A program made the position numbers and the translations under genes. The notes beneath the pieces were generated by a model. That model did not search any database. It was given only the letters and a program-made list of their open reading frames with translations, and was not told where the DNA came from. Of a stretch of 64,000 nt of DNA, positions 35,805-48,000 are shown piece by piece (position 1 is the stretch's first letter; every line of letters starts with the position of its first letter). This DNA comes from Takakia lepidozioides. Its lineage: Eukaryota; Plantae; Bryophyta. The stretch lies in the NCBI GenBank assembly GCA_030704615.1, contig CM060734.1, positions 54,808,001 through 54,872,000 of the forward strand. Reading direction: 5' to 3'.

Positions 35805-38800
35805 ATGGTTTCTGGGGCGGATGTATCTGAAAGACTGAAGAAGTATGTGGACCCAGATCCAGAGGTGGTGGGACAGGGGAACACTGCTTATTGCCAGACA
35901 TCTCCTTTGTATGTTGATGACAAGGATTCGGCTGCAGCCACTCTGATTACACTTGCCAAGGATGCTAAATTTGCCACTACGGATGTAAAAGCTCCAAGCA
36001 ATGCAATCCTTACCGTCTGCAAGTCTCTTGTTGCTGGTGGTGTGGCAGGCGGAGTGTAAGTTTTACTTTGTCCCATGAAGTTGCCTCTCCTCTCAACCCC
36101 CCTCCCCTAAGCCATCCCCTTAGAATGGGTACTCAGACTGGGGACAGGGTTTAAAGCCACAGGCGCGGGCAACTGCGCTTGTTGTTAGGTGTCCTTCCTT
36201 TACCTGCTTCTTCCCAACTCTGGTCTTGAAAAAAGTTTATCCTTTCTTTTCCCACCTGTATGCAGTTACCTGCAAATCAGCTTGTGCGGTGATGTTTTTC
36301 ACTGGCAAATGTTGGTTTTGTGTGTTATCAAGCAGACAAAAACAGTTTGGTGTATCCAAGCACCATCTGGAGCTGTTCAGGGGATGATTTGCTTAGTTTC
36401 CTTGTAATGTTGTTTACATTGGCGTTTTACAAGTTTCTGAATGATTTCCCTTCTTGTTTGATAGGAGATTAGGACTTTTTGGCAACCAAGGATTTGGTAT
36501 CCTTCCTCTGGACCTGGGCAGGTAGAGACTGGAGAACATTGCATGTACAGTCTGTGGCTGGTCAAGGACACTGGATTGTTGCTTAGTCAGCCAATGAAGG
36601 TCCATGATCTGGTTGAAAACTGCACCTCTGTCTGACATTTTGGTTCTCTTCAACTCTCAGGTCCCGTTCTGCTGTTGCCCCCTTGGAGCGTTTGAAAATT
36701 CTGCTGCAGGTGTGCATTTCCTGTTCCCCAATGTTTTTTACTGTGATAGCTATATCAGCCTCCTCTCTAGATTCACGTTTTATGGAAAACTGCATGAATG
36801 TGAGTATCATGTCCTCAATTTTAATGAGGATGTAAACTTGCTGTTGTCCCTTGACAATCTTATAGATGTCGCCTCTTCTCAATATTCTCTCATTAGAGCC
36901 TTGATGTAGTTGCATAATTATTAGTTGAAAAAATGGCCAATCTGTTCTCAATTTAAGGCCCAGTGCCTAGAGACGTTGATTCATCTTCCATTGTCATATG
37001 TAGTGACAGCTCCTCACTGAGGATGGTCACATCATTTGTCTGGTTTTGTGGACTTCATAAAGGATGAGGCGTATGTCTACTGTTTCAATGTACCTTAATC
37101 TGACTGTGGGGTGTGGCTGCAGGTGCAAAATCCCCACAACCCAAAATATAGTGGGATGATTCAGGGTTTAAGGTCAATTTGGGGGACGGAGGGTATCCGT
37201 GGTTTTTTCAAGGGGAATGGCACGAATTGTGCTCGAATCATCCCTAATTCTGCTGTGAAATTCTACAGCTATGAGCAAGCATCCAGGTTGTCCACTCTCT
37301 CTCTCACAACCATGTTTGACTGGGTTGGGAATTGTTTGTTGCTTCAAGCAACACATCGTCTGGTTGTATATTGATGGCTGATTGATTGTAGGTCAGCAAA
37401 GCAAAACGGGCTGGCGCAGTTCTAGTTGTCAAGAAATTCCCCATTTCCTGGGTTGGCTGATTCACAATGCTTGCAGCAGATAATGCGGAAAGAACAGCAG
37501 TGCTTGGCATGGGCGAGTATCATGACTATTAACTCAATAACATAAACCAAGTCAAGTTCGGAGTCATTCATTGGTCTCTAAGATGCCTCTGAGGAATTAA
37601 GGAGGGCTTTGACATCTTGGTGTGAGCAATTTTCAGGATAGTGTTTGTTTTGGGGTTTAGGCCTGTGAAGAGCCTGATGCTTCTGATGATATTCTAAATG
37701 GCTCGTCTATTTTCCAACTTGCAGTGCTATTTTGTGGGCTTATCGGCGACAATCGGGCATTGGTATGTATTGATGTTCTCCTCAATGTTTATCTGGAAAA
37801 CATTGTTAAGTGAGTTGACATGGCATACAGAGTGTAGAATGACATTGCATAGACTCTGTTGGAATTCGTCATGCTTTTAGCTCCTCCTGTAAGTCGATAT
37901 CCGTAAGATCTCTAGTCCAGAAGGGACCTTCACACAATTACCGGGAAAGTATGGAAGGCATGATGACTATTGTTTTCTTTGGTTCTTCTGGTATCTAATA
38001 CAGTTGAAATTGTGTTCCTGTCTTTAAGCCTCATCCCTTAGGAGGCAAGGAAAGTTGTGGTTGGCCCCGCACAGGAGTTTATGACATATGCTGTCTGGCC
38101 AAGAGAGGCTGCTTTCCTAATATGCAGTGTTTGGAATGGAAGTTGTCGGCCTTGTGAATTTGTGTGGCTCTAATGTTTTGTTTTTGGAAAGCATGGCTTA
38201 TTGCACTTTTCATTTGTGGTTTCAGAGGATGCAGAGCTGTCCCCAGTGTTACGGCTCGGTGCTGGGGCATGCGCTGGGATCATTGCCATGTCTGCCACAT
38301 ATCCTATGGACATGGTCCGGGGTAGGCTGACTGTGCAGGTCGGTCTCATATCAAATCTTTGGAGATTCATAACTTCCGTTCCTGACTGTGGTCCTTCTGC
38401 GAAGGACAGTAAGCTCTAGCAAAATTTCAGGTTTGTTGGTAAAAGCAAGGTTTAAGTATTAGGGGATAAGCTACTGAAGCTTCAGGATATACGGAAGTCT
38501 AATGATGTGAATCTGCTGCAGACAGAAGACTCTCCTCACCGCTATCGGGGCATGTTTCATGCCTTCTCCACCATAATGAAGGAGGAGGGCCCCAGGGCTT
38601 TGTACAAAGGGTGGCTACCGTCGGTTATTGGAGTGGTACTTTACATACACCATGAATTGAGGTCTTGTATCCTTTCCAGGCTGTTGTTGGTTAGTGTGTA
38701 AGGAAATAGATCAGGTGGTAGTTAACTTGATCAAGGAATGTACTCATAAGACGCTGTTTGCCATAGCCTTCTTGATGAAGAGAGAGCATTAGCCTCACAT

Positions 38801-40009
38801 GCCATAGTTTTGGTGCCCTACACCTTGTTTGGATGGAGGAGCCAGGGGGCAGAAGAATAATGTGTGTGAAGCTGGTTCTGACCTTTAGATCAGAGAGAGA
38901 ACTCACAGGTTGGTTTGTAACCTCATTCGTTCCACCATCAGATGTGAAGAGGGCCTGGCCTTGATTCTTACAGCTGGTGACCGTCCAACCTCTTATAATC
39001 CACCAGTACGTTTACGGTTGATACTGACAGGGGTCTGCAGTTTGCTGTTGTCTCTGATTGGTATTGCATGTGAGTGCTGCAGATCCCATATGTTGGGCTT
39101 AACTTCGCAGTGTATGAGACTCTGAAGGACTGGATTGTCAAGAGCCAGCACATTGAGTCAGGGGAAGCCCCCGAATTGGGTGTCATCACAAAGCTGGGTT
39201 GTGGGGCAGCAGCCGGGACAATTGGACAAACCGTGGCTTATCCCTTGGATGTAGTCCGCCGACGAATGCAAATGGTTGGCTGGAAGGATGCATCCCCTGT
39301 CATCACTGCAGATGGGAGAGTCCAGGCACCTATTCAGTACACTGGCATGATAGATGCTTTCAGGAAAACTGTGAAATATGAAGGAGTTGGAGCACTTTAC
39401 AAAGGCCTAGTGCCGAATTCTGTCAAGGTGAAATCCTCGGGTTCCCTTCTGGACAGTCTTATGCATAGATTGTGTAGATAGGTTGTTGTCTGGGCAGTCT
39501 TGGATACGAAATGAATTGAGCACCCAAGTGCCAAGGTTATGATTCTAACCTGGCCATCTGCCTCCTTTGCTGTTTGTTCCTTCTGGTGAAGGGTTTAGCG
39601 TGGCAGAGTCAATTTTCCAAGTATTTCCAGGGGTGGAGTTCTGCTCAGAACTCTGGATGCTCCTCAAGGAATTTTGAAGTAGTATTCATTGACGTTACTG
39701 GTCTGTGCCTGAGAGTTTTAGGTAGAAGTGGCTCAGTGGTCTCTTACTCTTTGACACATGGACTTGAGGTAGAGGCAGAATGCCACTATCATCAATATAT
39801 ATGCAGAGAGAGCAGTTGCTAGCATTAGTGGATTCCCATCCTGTTAGGTGACTTCCTCTGGGACCGAACGTATTGGGTATTAGAACTTGTAATTCCCTCG
39901 TTTCACAATGGTGTGGTGCTTGCAGGTAGTTCCTTCAATAGCACTTGCATTTGTGACATATGAGTTGATGAAGGATCTGCTGGGTGTGGAGATACGCATC
40001 TCAGATTAA
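35805..40009 (+). CDS. ADNT1: Mitochondrial adenine nucleotide transporter (mitochondrial carrier family), 8 coding exons
   Basis: Exons 35805-36055, 36661-36709, 37123-37286, 37725-37762, 38226-38338, 38522-38635, 39083-39427 and 39926-40009 with GT-AG introns. Three Px(D/E)xx(K/R) signatures (PLERLK, PMDMVR, PLDVVR); ends [10 protein letters not shown]. Confidence 0.93.
38737..38768 (-). mobile_element. Very short 3' tail of a non-LTR retroelement-like insertion in an ADNT1 intron
   Basis: Reverse complement GGCTATGGCAAACAGCGTCTTATGAGTACATT matches 52130-52161; flanked by CTTGATCAAG and CTTGATGAAG. Confidence 0.55.
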
Positions 40010-40960
40010 TGTTTCTCAGTTACACATCACCAGCATATGGAGAAAAGACGATTAAACCGTCATGAGGTCACTGTGTTGCTGCTTTGCTCCACTGACGGTT
40101 GGTGAAAACATCTCATCTAAATAGACAGCTGGAATAGAAGTGGCAAGGATGGCTATGGAGCAGTGTCGGGCTCTCTGCTTCAGGCGACGCTATCGGGACT
40201 ACTGTGATTTACTTCACCAGAAACCCTGTTGTTTTGAGGTTGTCAGTTGGGGGTTTTACTTTTACTTCAGGTTCTGCGGCTCAGTGCAATGAGACCTACC
40301 TTGTAACCCTCGTGTGGGTCCATCACGTCAGAGCACTGTAGGTTTAGGCGTTCTCAAAGGTAGTCATTCTTTTTTACCAATGTAAGAGGCCTAATGTCTC
40401 GGGCCTTCTCAGCCCCAAATGAGTGACCAGCTTGCTACCACCTGTTCAGGGAAACCCAATTGTTATAAAGTGTGCTGAGGAGAAACATGGCTGTAAGATT
40501 GTTATGGTGAAGAAAAACATGGGGGCAGCGGGGGGGCTTTCTCCATCCTCCCTTTGACGATTCAAGGGAATTCTTTATGTCCTGGGTCAGCCTGATGGCT
40601 GGCAGATTAGTGTTTGACATCATAATGGAGATAGGATCAATGCGGTGAGAGAGATGGGGGTGTGAGAGATGGAGACGCGTGTCTGTGTGAGAGACAGATG
40701 TTTAGTCATCTTGAACTGTCAGGCACCTGGAAGTTCTGTATCTATGAATGCATTCACCTACTGACCTACTGCAATGTTTGACGTGGACTTCTAGACCTCT
40801 CTTGGGTCCTGACAAAGAGATCACAAACAAAATGCAGGAGATCTGAAAGAAGCTGTTCAGGAGTGACCATGGATCTTATCTTCTAAGGCTTTTCTACATC
40901 ATTCATTTCATTGCCCAACCTTTCACATCATGGCTCCGTTGTACGTAATGCTGCATTTCA

Positions 40961-41212
40961 TTCAGCCATATTGTCGAACACTCCATTTGCATTTGCAATA
41001 TTCCAGTGCACTTGCTGTACATGTTGACAAGGTGTTGTGTAGAACGACATTTGGCTTGAATCCAAGGAAGATAATGTGAGACAGCACCTTCTTTCCAGCT
41101 TCCAGGCCTTTATTTCATCTTGATGCACTTATACAAGAGACACATATCAGCTGTTTCAGTCGCCCTGCCTAGTTGCATCTTCACATGCCCAAAAAGGAAC
41201 ATTGTGGACACC
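40961..41212 (-). pseudogene. Degenerate fragment of a PPR gene similar to the first PPR-DYW gene
   Basis: Colinear similarity to ~3600-3880 (ACATGTTGACAAGG.TGTTGTGTAGAA, TTTGGCTTGAATCCA, TTTCATCTTGATGCACTTA.CAAGAGACA) with many indels. Confidence 0.8.
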
Positions 41213-41339
41213 CTTATATAAGAGACACTTCATCTTTATGCCTTGATTCACCACCATTGAAAGATGTGTACTTGAATGTGAGGCCGTTGTAGCAGGCTAT
41301 GACGACTGTGTGACCAAACAAGCTGAAGCTTGGAAAAAA

Positions 41340-42110
41340 AACTGAAAATATCACTCCAACAAGGGGTGTTCGGGACAAGATACTCATCACCACTCCAACA
41401 ACAAACCTGGCAGCTGACCTCGTGTGTTCTAAGTCATTGCTCTACATATCGGTATAACTTGAAACACGTAAGGTTAAGCATGGTACGAAGCTAAGCATTG
41501 AACAAACACAATCTATCAAGAAGAGAAGTAGAAACATGAGGTAGCAACTAGCAACGACTTGAAGACTCTACACAAAGCGTCTTGGACACCCTTACAGGCA
41601 TCCACAGTTTTGCCAGAATAGATGTTCTTAATCATAAGTATCGAGATAATGTCAGTTCTCTCCAGAGGACTCTGGTTGTTGCCTCTGCCTTTTCTTGCCT
41701 TTCTTCCTATAGTGACAGTATGATAAGAGACAGAGGCTTGGGTGGAGAAGGGTTTTGATATCTGAAGTTTGTCATATCTTTTTCTAGTTCCTAACCAATT
41801 TTTGTGTTACATCTTTGCTGATTTCTATCAGATGAGGTTGATGATGAAATGTGGATGATATGCTGCTCCCAGAGCTACTTGAGCTCCCACAAACAAGTGT
41901 GACCTTACAAAGGTATTGTTCCTTGAGCAGCATTGAAAACTTCATGTGACAAAGAGGACGATTGTCTTCATGCGCAGCGGCCTCTTGTGGCAAAGGAGTT
42001 TGTAATCAAGGCAGATGATTCATCATTACCTACCAGGTTTGTAGTAGCCTTCCAATACATACCTCCCTGTCTAGTATCCGACTTGAACGTATCAATCCAC
42101 ATTGGATACT
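41340..42110 (-). pseudogene. Highly decayed coding relic, possibly glycosyltransferase family 92 (DUF23)
   Basis: Across one frameshift it reads NDLEHTRSAARFVVGV/DEYLVP, resembling the GT92 NDCLxR...DxDE(F/Y) motif. The rest is too decayed to assess. Confidence 0.3.
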
Positions 42111-42484
42111 ACCTCACATCTATTCTTTGAATTGTAGCGGGCATGCTTTTGCGCACGAGTTGTTGTTCAATGGAATGAAGACAGACAATAGTCTCTCTGG
42201 ATCTATAAAAGAGAGTGCGAGGCCTGATACGCTCCTTATAGCGTCTGGATGCACCTTTTTTTAGGCGAAAACAAGGTTTCTAGCTTGCACTCTGCTGAAA
42301 ATGCTCGCAAGGAACTGGTGATGCCATTTTCAACAACGTTTTATGCTACATAGCGGCACGCATCAGTGGGTACGCATCAGTATACTTGGGCAAGGATAGG
42401 TCTCTTATGCTTGGCGTAAGGTGCGTCCTCCTGTCAGGATGAAACAAGCTCCCGTCTAAGAAGGTAACCATTACAACAAAGGGA

Positions 42485-42621
42485 ATTTTTAGGCAGTTTG
42501 TTTGATAAAGCGGAAAGTTCCCACCCGAGAACTTTCCGCTGTTTAAGGGTGGGCCGGAGGGTGGGAGCCCCAGGGCAAAGGCGGAAAGTCCGAGGACAGG
42601 AACTTTCCGCTGCCTAAAAAT
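42485..42621. repeat. Small nested-palindrome element
   Basis: Outer 12-bp IR ATTTTTAGGCAG/CTGCCTAAAAAT enclosing two GCGGAAAGT...ACTTTCCGC hairpins. Confidence 0.8.
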
Positions 42622-45002
42622 CTAGAGCAGGTTTTACAAGCTCATTATTGAGGCCAAAATCTGAATAAAACAGAAGCATTAAGATGAGTCATGCATGCCT
42701 GGATGCAGGAAAATCTTCAATCCACTGCTGCAGTTACTCCACAGCTCTGCCGGTTATTAGCATCTCTTTGCCCTCATTCTTTCCAAATCCAAGGAATTAT
42801 AGTAAAGGTGTTTGTCTGTGAAACCATCAAATATCAAAGGTACCTTGGTGTCACACTGGAAAAGAGTAGCTTGCCACCTCTGCTGGAGCTCCTGGGGCCA
42901 GTGAAGTACAAGGGCCAAATTGACAAACCGGAAGAGCGTTGACTTGCTGCCCATGCACACCAAGTAGTCCCTGATCTTCTGGAAGGGATGACTCCCGTGA
43001 CATTCTTGAAAGATTGTTCAATCTTGTTTCCTATCCCCGACTTTTAGCAACTACACTCTAAAAATGCTCCCTGCCTATTTGCACACATGTTGGTTTGTGC
43101 ATGAAGAATATTCTTACTCACACACAACAGTGCCCAGATATGATCAAGAAGTCTTCTTAGACAGGGAATGCAGTATCACAAGCAATGTGTTCATGACACA
43201 GTTTGTACTCTGGGGCTGTTGCTACTGTCTTCAGAAATCAAGGAAACTCAGTGTCCGAAATGACACTGCCAAGAACAACACGTATTATCAACGAGACTGG
43301 AAGCTGTTAGCTGAGTGCTTGCTGTCACATGGCTGATAAAAGACAAGTCATACACTTCCAACAGTCAGATAACAAAAATTCAGACTTGATCACCTCGTAC
43401 ACTAGAGGTTCTAGTCGGATCCAGCTAAAATGTTGTGTGACCGCATGATGCGAAGAGAAGATGATCAAGTCATGGTAGGGAGCCAATTACAGCAAACGAT
43501 GTAACATGTGCAAATCTCGATGCCCAATAAAATGGGCCACGCCCTTCAAGGATGTGGTCTCAAGAGCCGCACTGGCGTATCTACCTCCTCCTTTCTTCTC
43601 TTCCTTCAATGCTTCAAATCACGTGCTGCTCTGTTTGTTTTTCCAGAGTATGTCCTTTGCGGAAAAGTGAGTGTCTGTCTAGTTTCCTTTTCCTTTGTTT
43701 TGGAAGGAGGGGGTGTAGTAGGAAGTTCAGGGCAAATGCCTACACGCCCGTGACAAGAAAGGGTCCAATCGTCGGTCTACACAATGTAGAATGCAGGACG
43801 CACTCAGTGTTTGTTTCTTTGCATCAGTCACGGGCAAACTGTCAAGAATGTTTGAAGTCAGGATAGTTTAGCATCATCACTTGCTGCAGTACAATGTAAC
43901 GTGTGTTTCAGTTGACTTTGTGTTGGCCTGGATGTAAGCTCAGTTTCTTGTGCACCTGCAAACAATGGCGCTGAGGACTATCTTAGTGGCCCCAATATTG
44001 CGGCTTGCATAATGCAACTGCCTGAGTAAGGTATGTGCAATGCTTTACATGAATGTGACGCTGTTATGGCTTGTTTCTCTGGGCTTGCAAGGCTCATCTC
44101 TTCCGTTTCTTTCTCTAGTAACTTGGAGAACTAGTATCTACGCAGCCGTATCGATAATCACCTAGTCGCTATCAAATGGTGCACTATGCTGACACCATGC
44201 AGCCTGGATTGCTGCCAGATGAACTAGTACCTTCGTTGACATGTAGGCGAAATGCTGGAGTGTGACGGATGCACGTAGAATGAGTGTTCGACAGTATTGA
44301 TATGGCGCGGCCGGCATTTGATCGTCTCTCTCCTCTCTCCACACGACCGTACGACGTGCTGCCCTTCGCGCGCAAGTGGGAAGAAGAAATCACTCCAAAA
44401 CCTGCGTTCCCACGTCTCCGCCGGTCCCCATCGTGTGCATGGTCGTAGGGTCACGCATCCCCTCTTCTGGGGTCTGCATTCTACATTCCCCTTCTCTGCA
44501 CATCTCCAAATCGATTCTCAAAGTCCATCGGCTCGATCTCCGCTTGAACCTCATCAATTTTGGTTTCCAAATTTCGACATGTCACATTTGTTGTCAACAC
44601 TCGCTTCATCTCCGCACGTGGACCTGTCTTCCAAATCTTTGTTTTGCATAGTCAAATCTTATATCTAGAAATTGTCGGGGTCCAACGTGGCAGACATGAT
44701 CTTGCGTCTCTAGTCTCTACCCCACTGTTTCTTCAGAGTAATGGGGCCTCTGCCTGCCCTAGTTTAGAAACAATGCTCCAAAGGAGCGAACATCCACTTG
44801 GTTTTCTCCAGGGGCAATCATTCCTTTCCCTCTCACATAGAGGAATTTAAGAAGGGCGTAGCACACACTGCGGTGTGTGTTGCGTTCTTCCGAGTAAGTA
44901 GTCAAAATTCATCGTTTGGGATCCAGTGTGGATCTCTTAGGAGGGGATCCTCCCCCCATTCCTGTTGTTGCCCGTAGGTTCGTGGCGGCTACCATAAACA
45001 AG

Positions 45003-48000
45003 ATGGAGGACAAGCGGAAGGATGTGGAGGCTTATGTGGATGTGGGGACTTATCGAGAAAAATCAAAAGCTTTCCCTTCGTTGAAGGAGAAATCTCCTTG
45101 GGTAGGTTTTGCTGTGTTGTATGAAATGTTGATGACAGTACTTTTTAGGTACTCTTTTCCCTCGATACTTCTGGAATTGAGGACAACGAATCCAATGAAT
45201 CCTTATTGTTATGTTTCTAATCTTGTTTTCGTGATGTATGTTACAGTCTCTCTTGCATCTTTAGGGTTTCTCCTATCCTGATGGTGGGTGATTTCCCTGG
45301 ACATAGAATGTATGATATGCTCCCAAGGTCATTATAATGCTTGATGTTCAATCAATTGAGCTGATTTGGTTCGAATAAACTCTTCCGCACTTATTCCTCA
45401 GAATGGACAGATAGGCAGCATGGCTACACGCTTAGTCTTCTCTGACTGAGAAAAATTAGTTACACAAGGCGGATTTTACAACTGATCTGTGTGGGATAAT
45501 GTTCATAACGGATGTCTCAAAGTATTATGCAGCATTCACTAGTCTTCCAATTGAGAATGGTCAAATTGCCATTTCTTTCTCAATGTCTACATTGACAAAT
45601 TCTGTTGTCATTTTTTCACTAGGTAAAACTTCTGTCCCCAGAGTCATGAGCAGTTTGTCTCCTAGTGACTTGTTTATGATGTAGATGCAGTGCACGAATT
45701 CTATGTTCATGTCAGGCTCAAGAGGTAGATCAACTGATGATTACTCTAGGCATTTTCTGAAACTGGGTTTAACCAGGGTCCAGTCAATTCTGTAGGACAT
45801 ATATGAAGCATGATCTTTGAAGTCGGCTGTTTCACTATCCTGATGGGGAACTTCTACTTGGGGTGTTGGTGTATGTCTGTGGTTGCAGTTGGTGAGGATG
45901 CTCCTCAATCTCGACAGGCGAGTATATTATGTACTCTTACTCCTTATATTTGCGTTCATGTGCTATACTGGAACCCGAACCTCCCCAATTATCGTCTTTG
46001 TATTTATGGTGTGCACAGTCAGCATGACCTTTGCAACATATCTTGCGCGCACTGTTCTTGCAAAGGATGAAGGGCCACCTGAAATGAGTGAGGTACTGCT
46101 TCTTCCCCTAGTGATATATCCTTGCACCATGCTTTAGGTGAAATTTCAACCAAAAACCATGTTTACATGATAACCTGGGAGATGATAAAGAAGATGCAAT
46201 TGAAGATGAAAGTGAAGTATGTGGACTGAAGTGTTGAAGTAATATTTTTTGCTCATCTGCATGAATCCTCACTCAATGTTTCTCTAAATCCTTGTCTCTT
46301 CTTGAACTGTCTTTCCCCAAAAAGGAACTCAACAGACTTTTCGAGACGCTCTGGAGCTTTATACTACCCTCCACGAGCTTATGGTACAATAATGACTAAT
46401 AGACATCTACTGAAAGTAAATTGCTACATAAAGACACAGACCTTTATAAGCTTTTAAGTATTTGGTTCTTTCTTCAGATATCAGATGCCATTCGAGATGG
46501 AGCAGAGGGTTTCTTCCGTACACAATATGGGGCTATCTCGAAGATGGCAGTAGTGCTTGCCTTTGTGATTTTTGGCATCTATATTTTCCGCAAATCAACA
46601 CCTGAGCAAGAGGCTGCTGGCCTTGAGAAGTGAGTAGACTTGCTACCAACTTTGAATGAGTAGGGGAGCCACGTCTATGACCCGTAGAATGTCTCATGAT
46701 TTGCTCTTCGGATACTCACTGGTCTGAATAAATGGTGAGTCTGGAGTTTCACAGATGGTGTTTTGTAGTCATTTGATGACCTTGCTGCTTGATTTCTGAC
46801 TAGAATGTTTCATAACTGGCCATGGTGGATATTGATTGCTAAAGGATGAGTGTTGTTTGACATCCAAGTAAACACTCAGCCACCTTTACTTGTTTACATT
46901 AGTGTGATGAGTATTTGCAGTGATGCATAAATTCCCAATTATATTTCCGCAACTGCAACAGTGGGTAACATCTACTAGCTACATGCAGATATATGATGGC
47001 CTTTATCACAGTTCTGTCGTTTATACTTGGAGCTCTTTGCTCTGGGATTGCTGGCTATGTTGGAATGTGGGTGTCGGTGCGGGCCAATGTCCGTGTGTCC
47101 AGTGCTGCCCGGCGCTCAGCTCGAGAAGCTTTACAGGTTTGTGCTTCCTTTTCCCACTCCGATGTGGACAAGGCAGTCGCATGTGTCATTCTCCTAAGTT
47201 TTTGAAACGTCCACTCCGTACGGCTGTGAAGGGGGAAATTATGCACTTTTCTGGATCATATTGTTAGTATTGAACCTTTTTGGTTCTTGTGTGTAGGTGG
47301 CCTTGCAAGCTGGAGGCTTTTCGGCACTAATTGTAGTGGGCATGACTGTGTTGGGAGTTGCCGTGCTGTATTCATCTTTCTATGTATATCTCAATGTGGA
47401 TGCACCGGGATCCATGAGGATGACAGAATGTAAGTTTTTTTTATGTCACCATTTTTCTTAAATAAGCACCTCACGTATTAGCTCCCACTTGGGAAAATTG
47501 GTGGGGTCTATTTGCTTATGAAGTGTTTTCTATGTCCTGCATATAGGTCAGTGCAAAATTGATCCAGTTTAGTGTATTGTAACCACTTGACCACAGTCTG
47601 GGGCTATGTTCCGTGTGCACTTGATCTGCCTTCAAACTGCAAGGATCCCTTTGTGATTTCAGGTTTGGTTTCGAGGATAACTAGCAGCTTGTCCCATTTT
47701 ATCAATCTGCGTGCAGAGCCCACCAGACAGCTGAAACGCAAGAATTTTTTAATAAGGTCCAGATATGCGTTGAAAGGTGAGTCCTGGGCAGCTCAGTTTA
47801 ATTACCATTTTCACCCAAGAGTAATGTTTAGTCTATCTGTCGCCCTGGCAGTGCCTCTACTTCTGGTTGGCTACGGATTTGGTGCCTCATTTGTGGCACT
47901 ATTTGCACAACTTGGAGGTGGGATCTACACGAAGGCAGCCGATGTGGGTGCAGATCTGGTTGGCAAAGTGGAACAAGGAATCCCTGAAGATGATCCGAGG

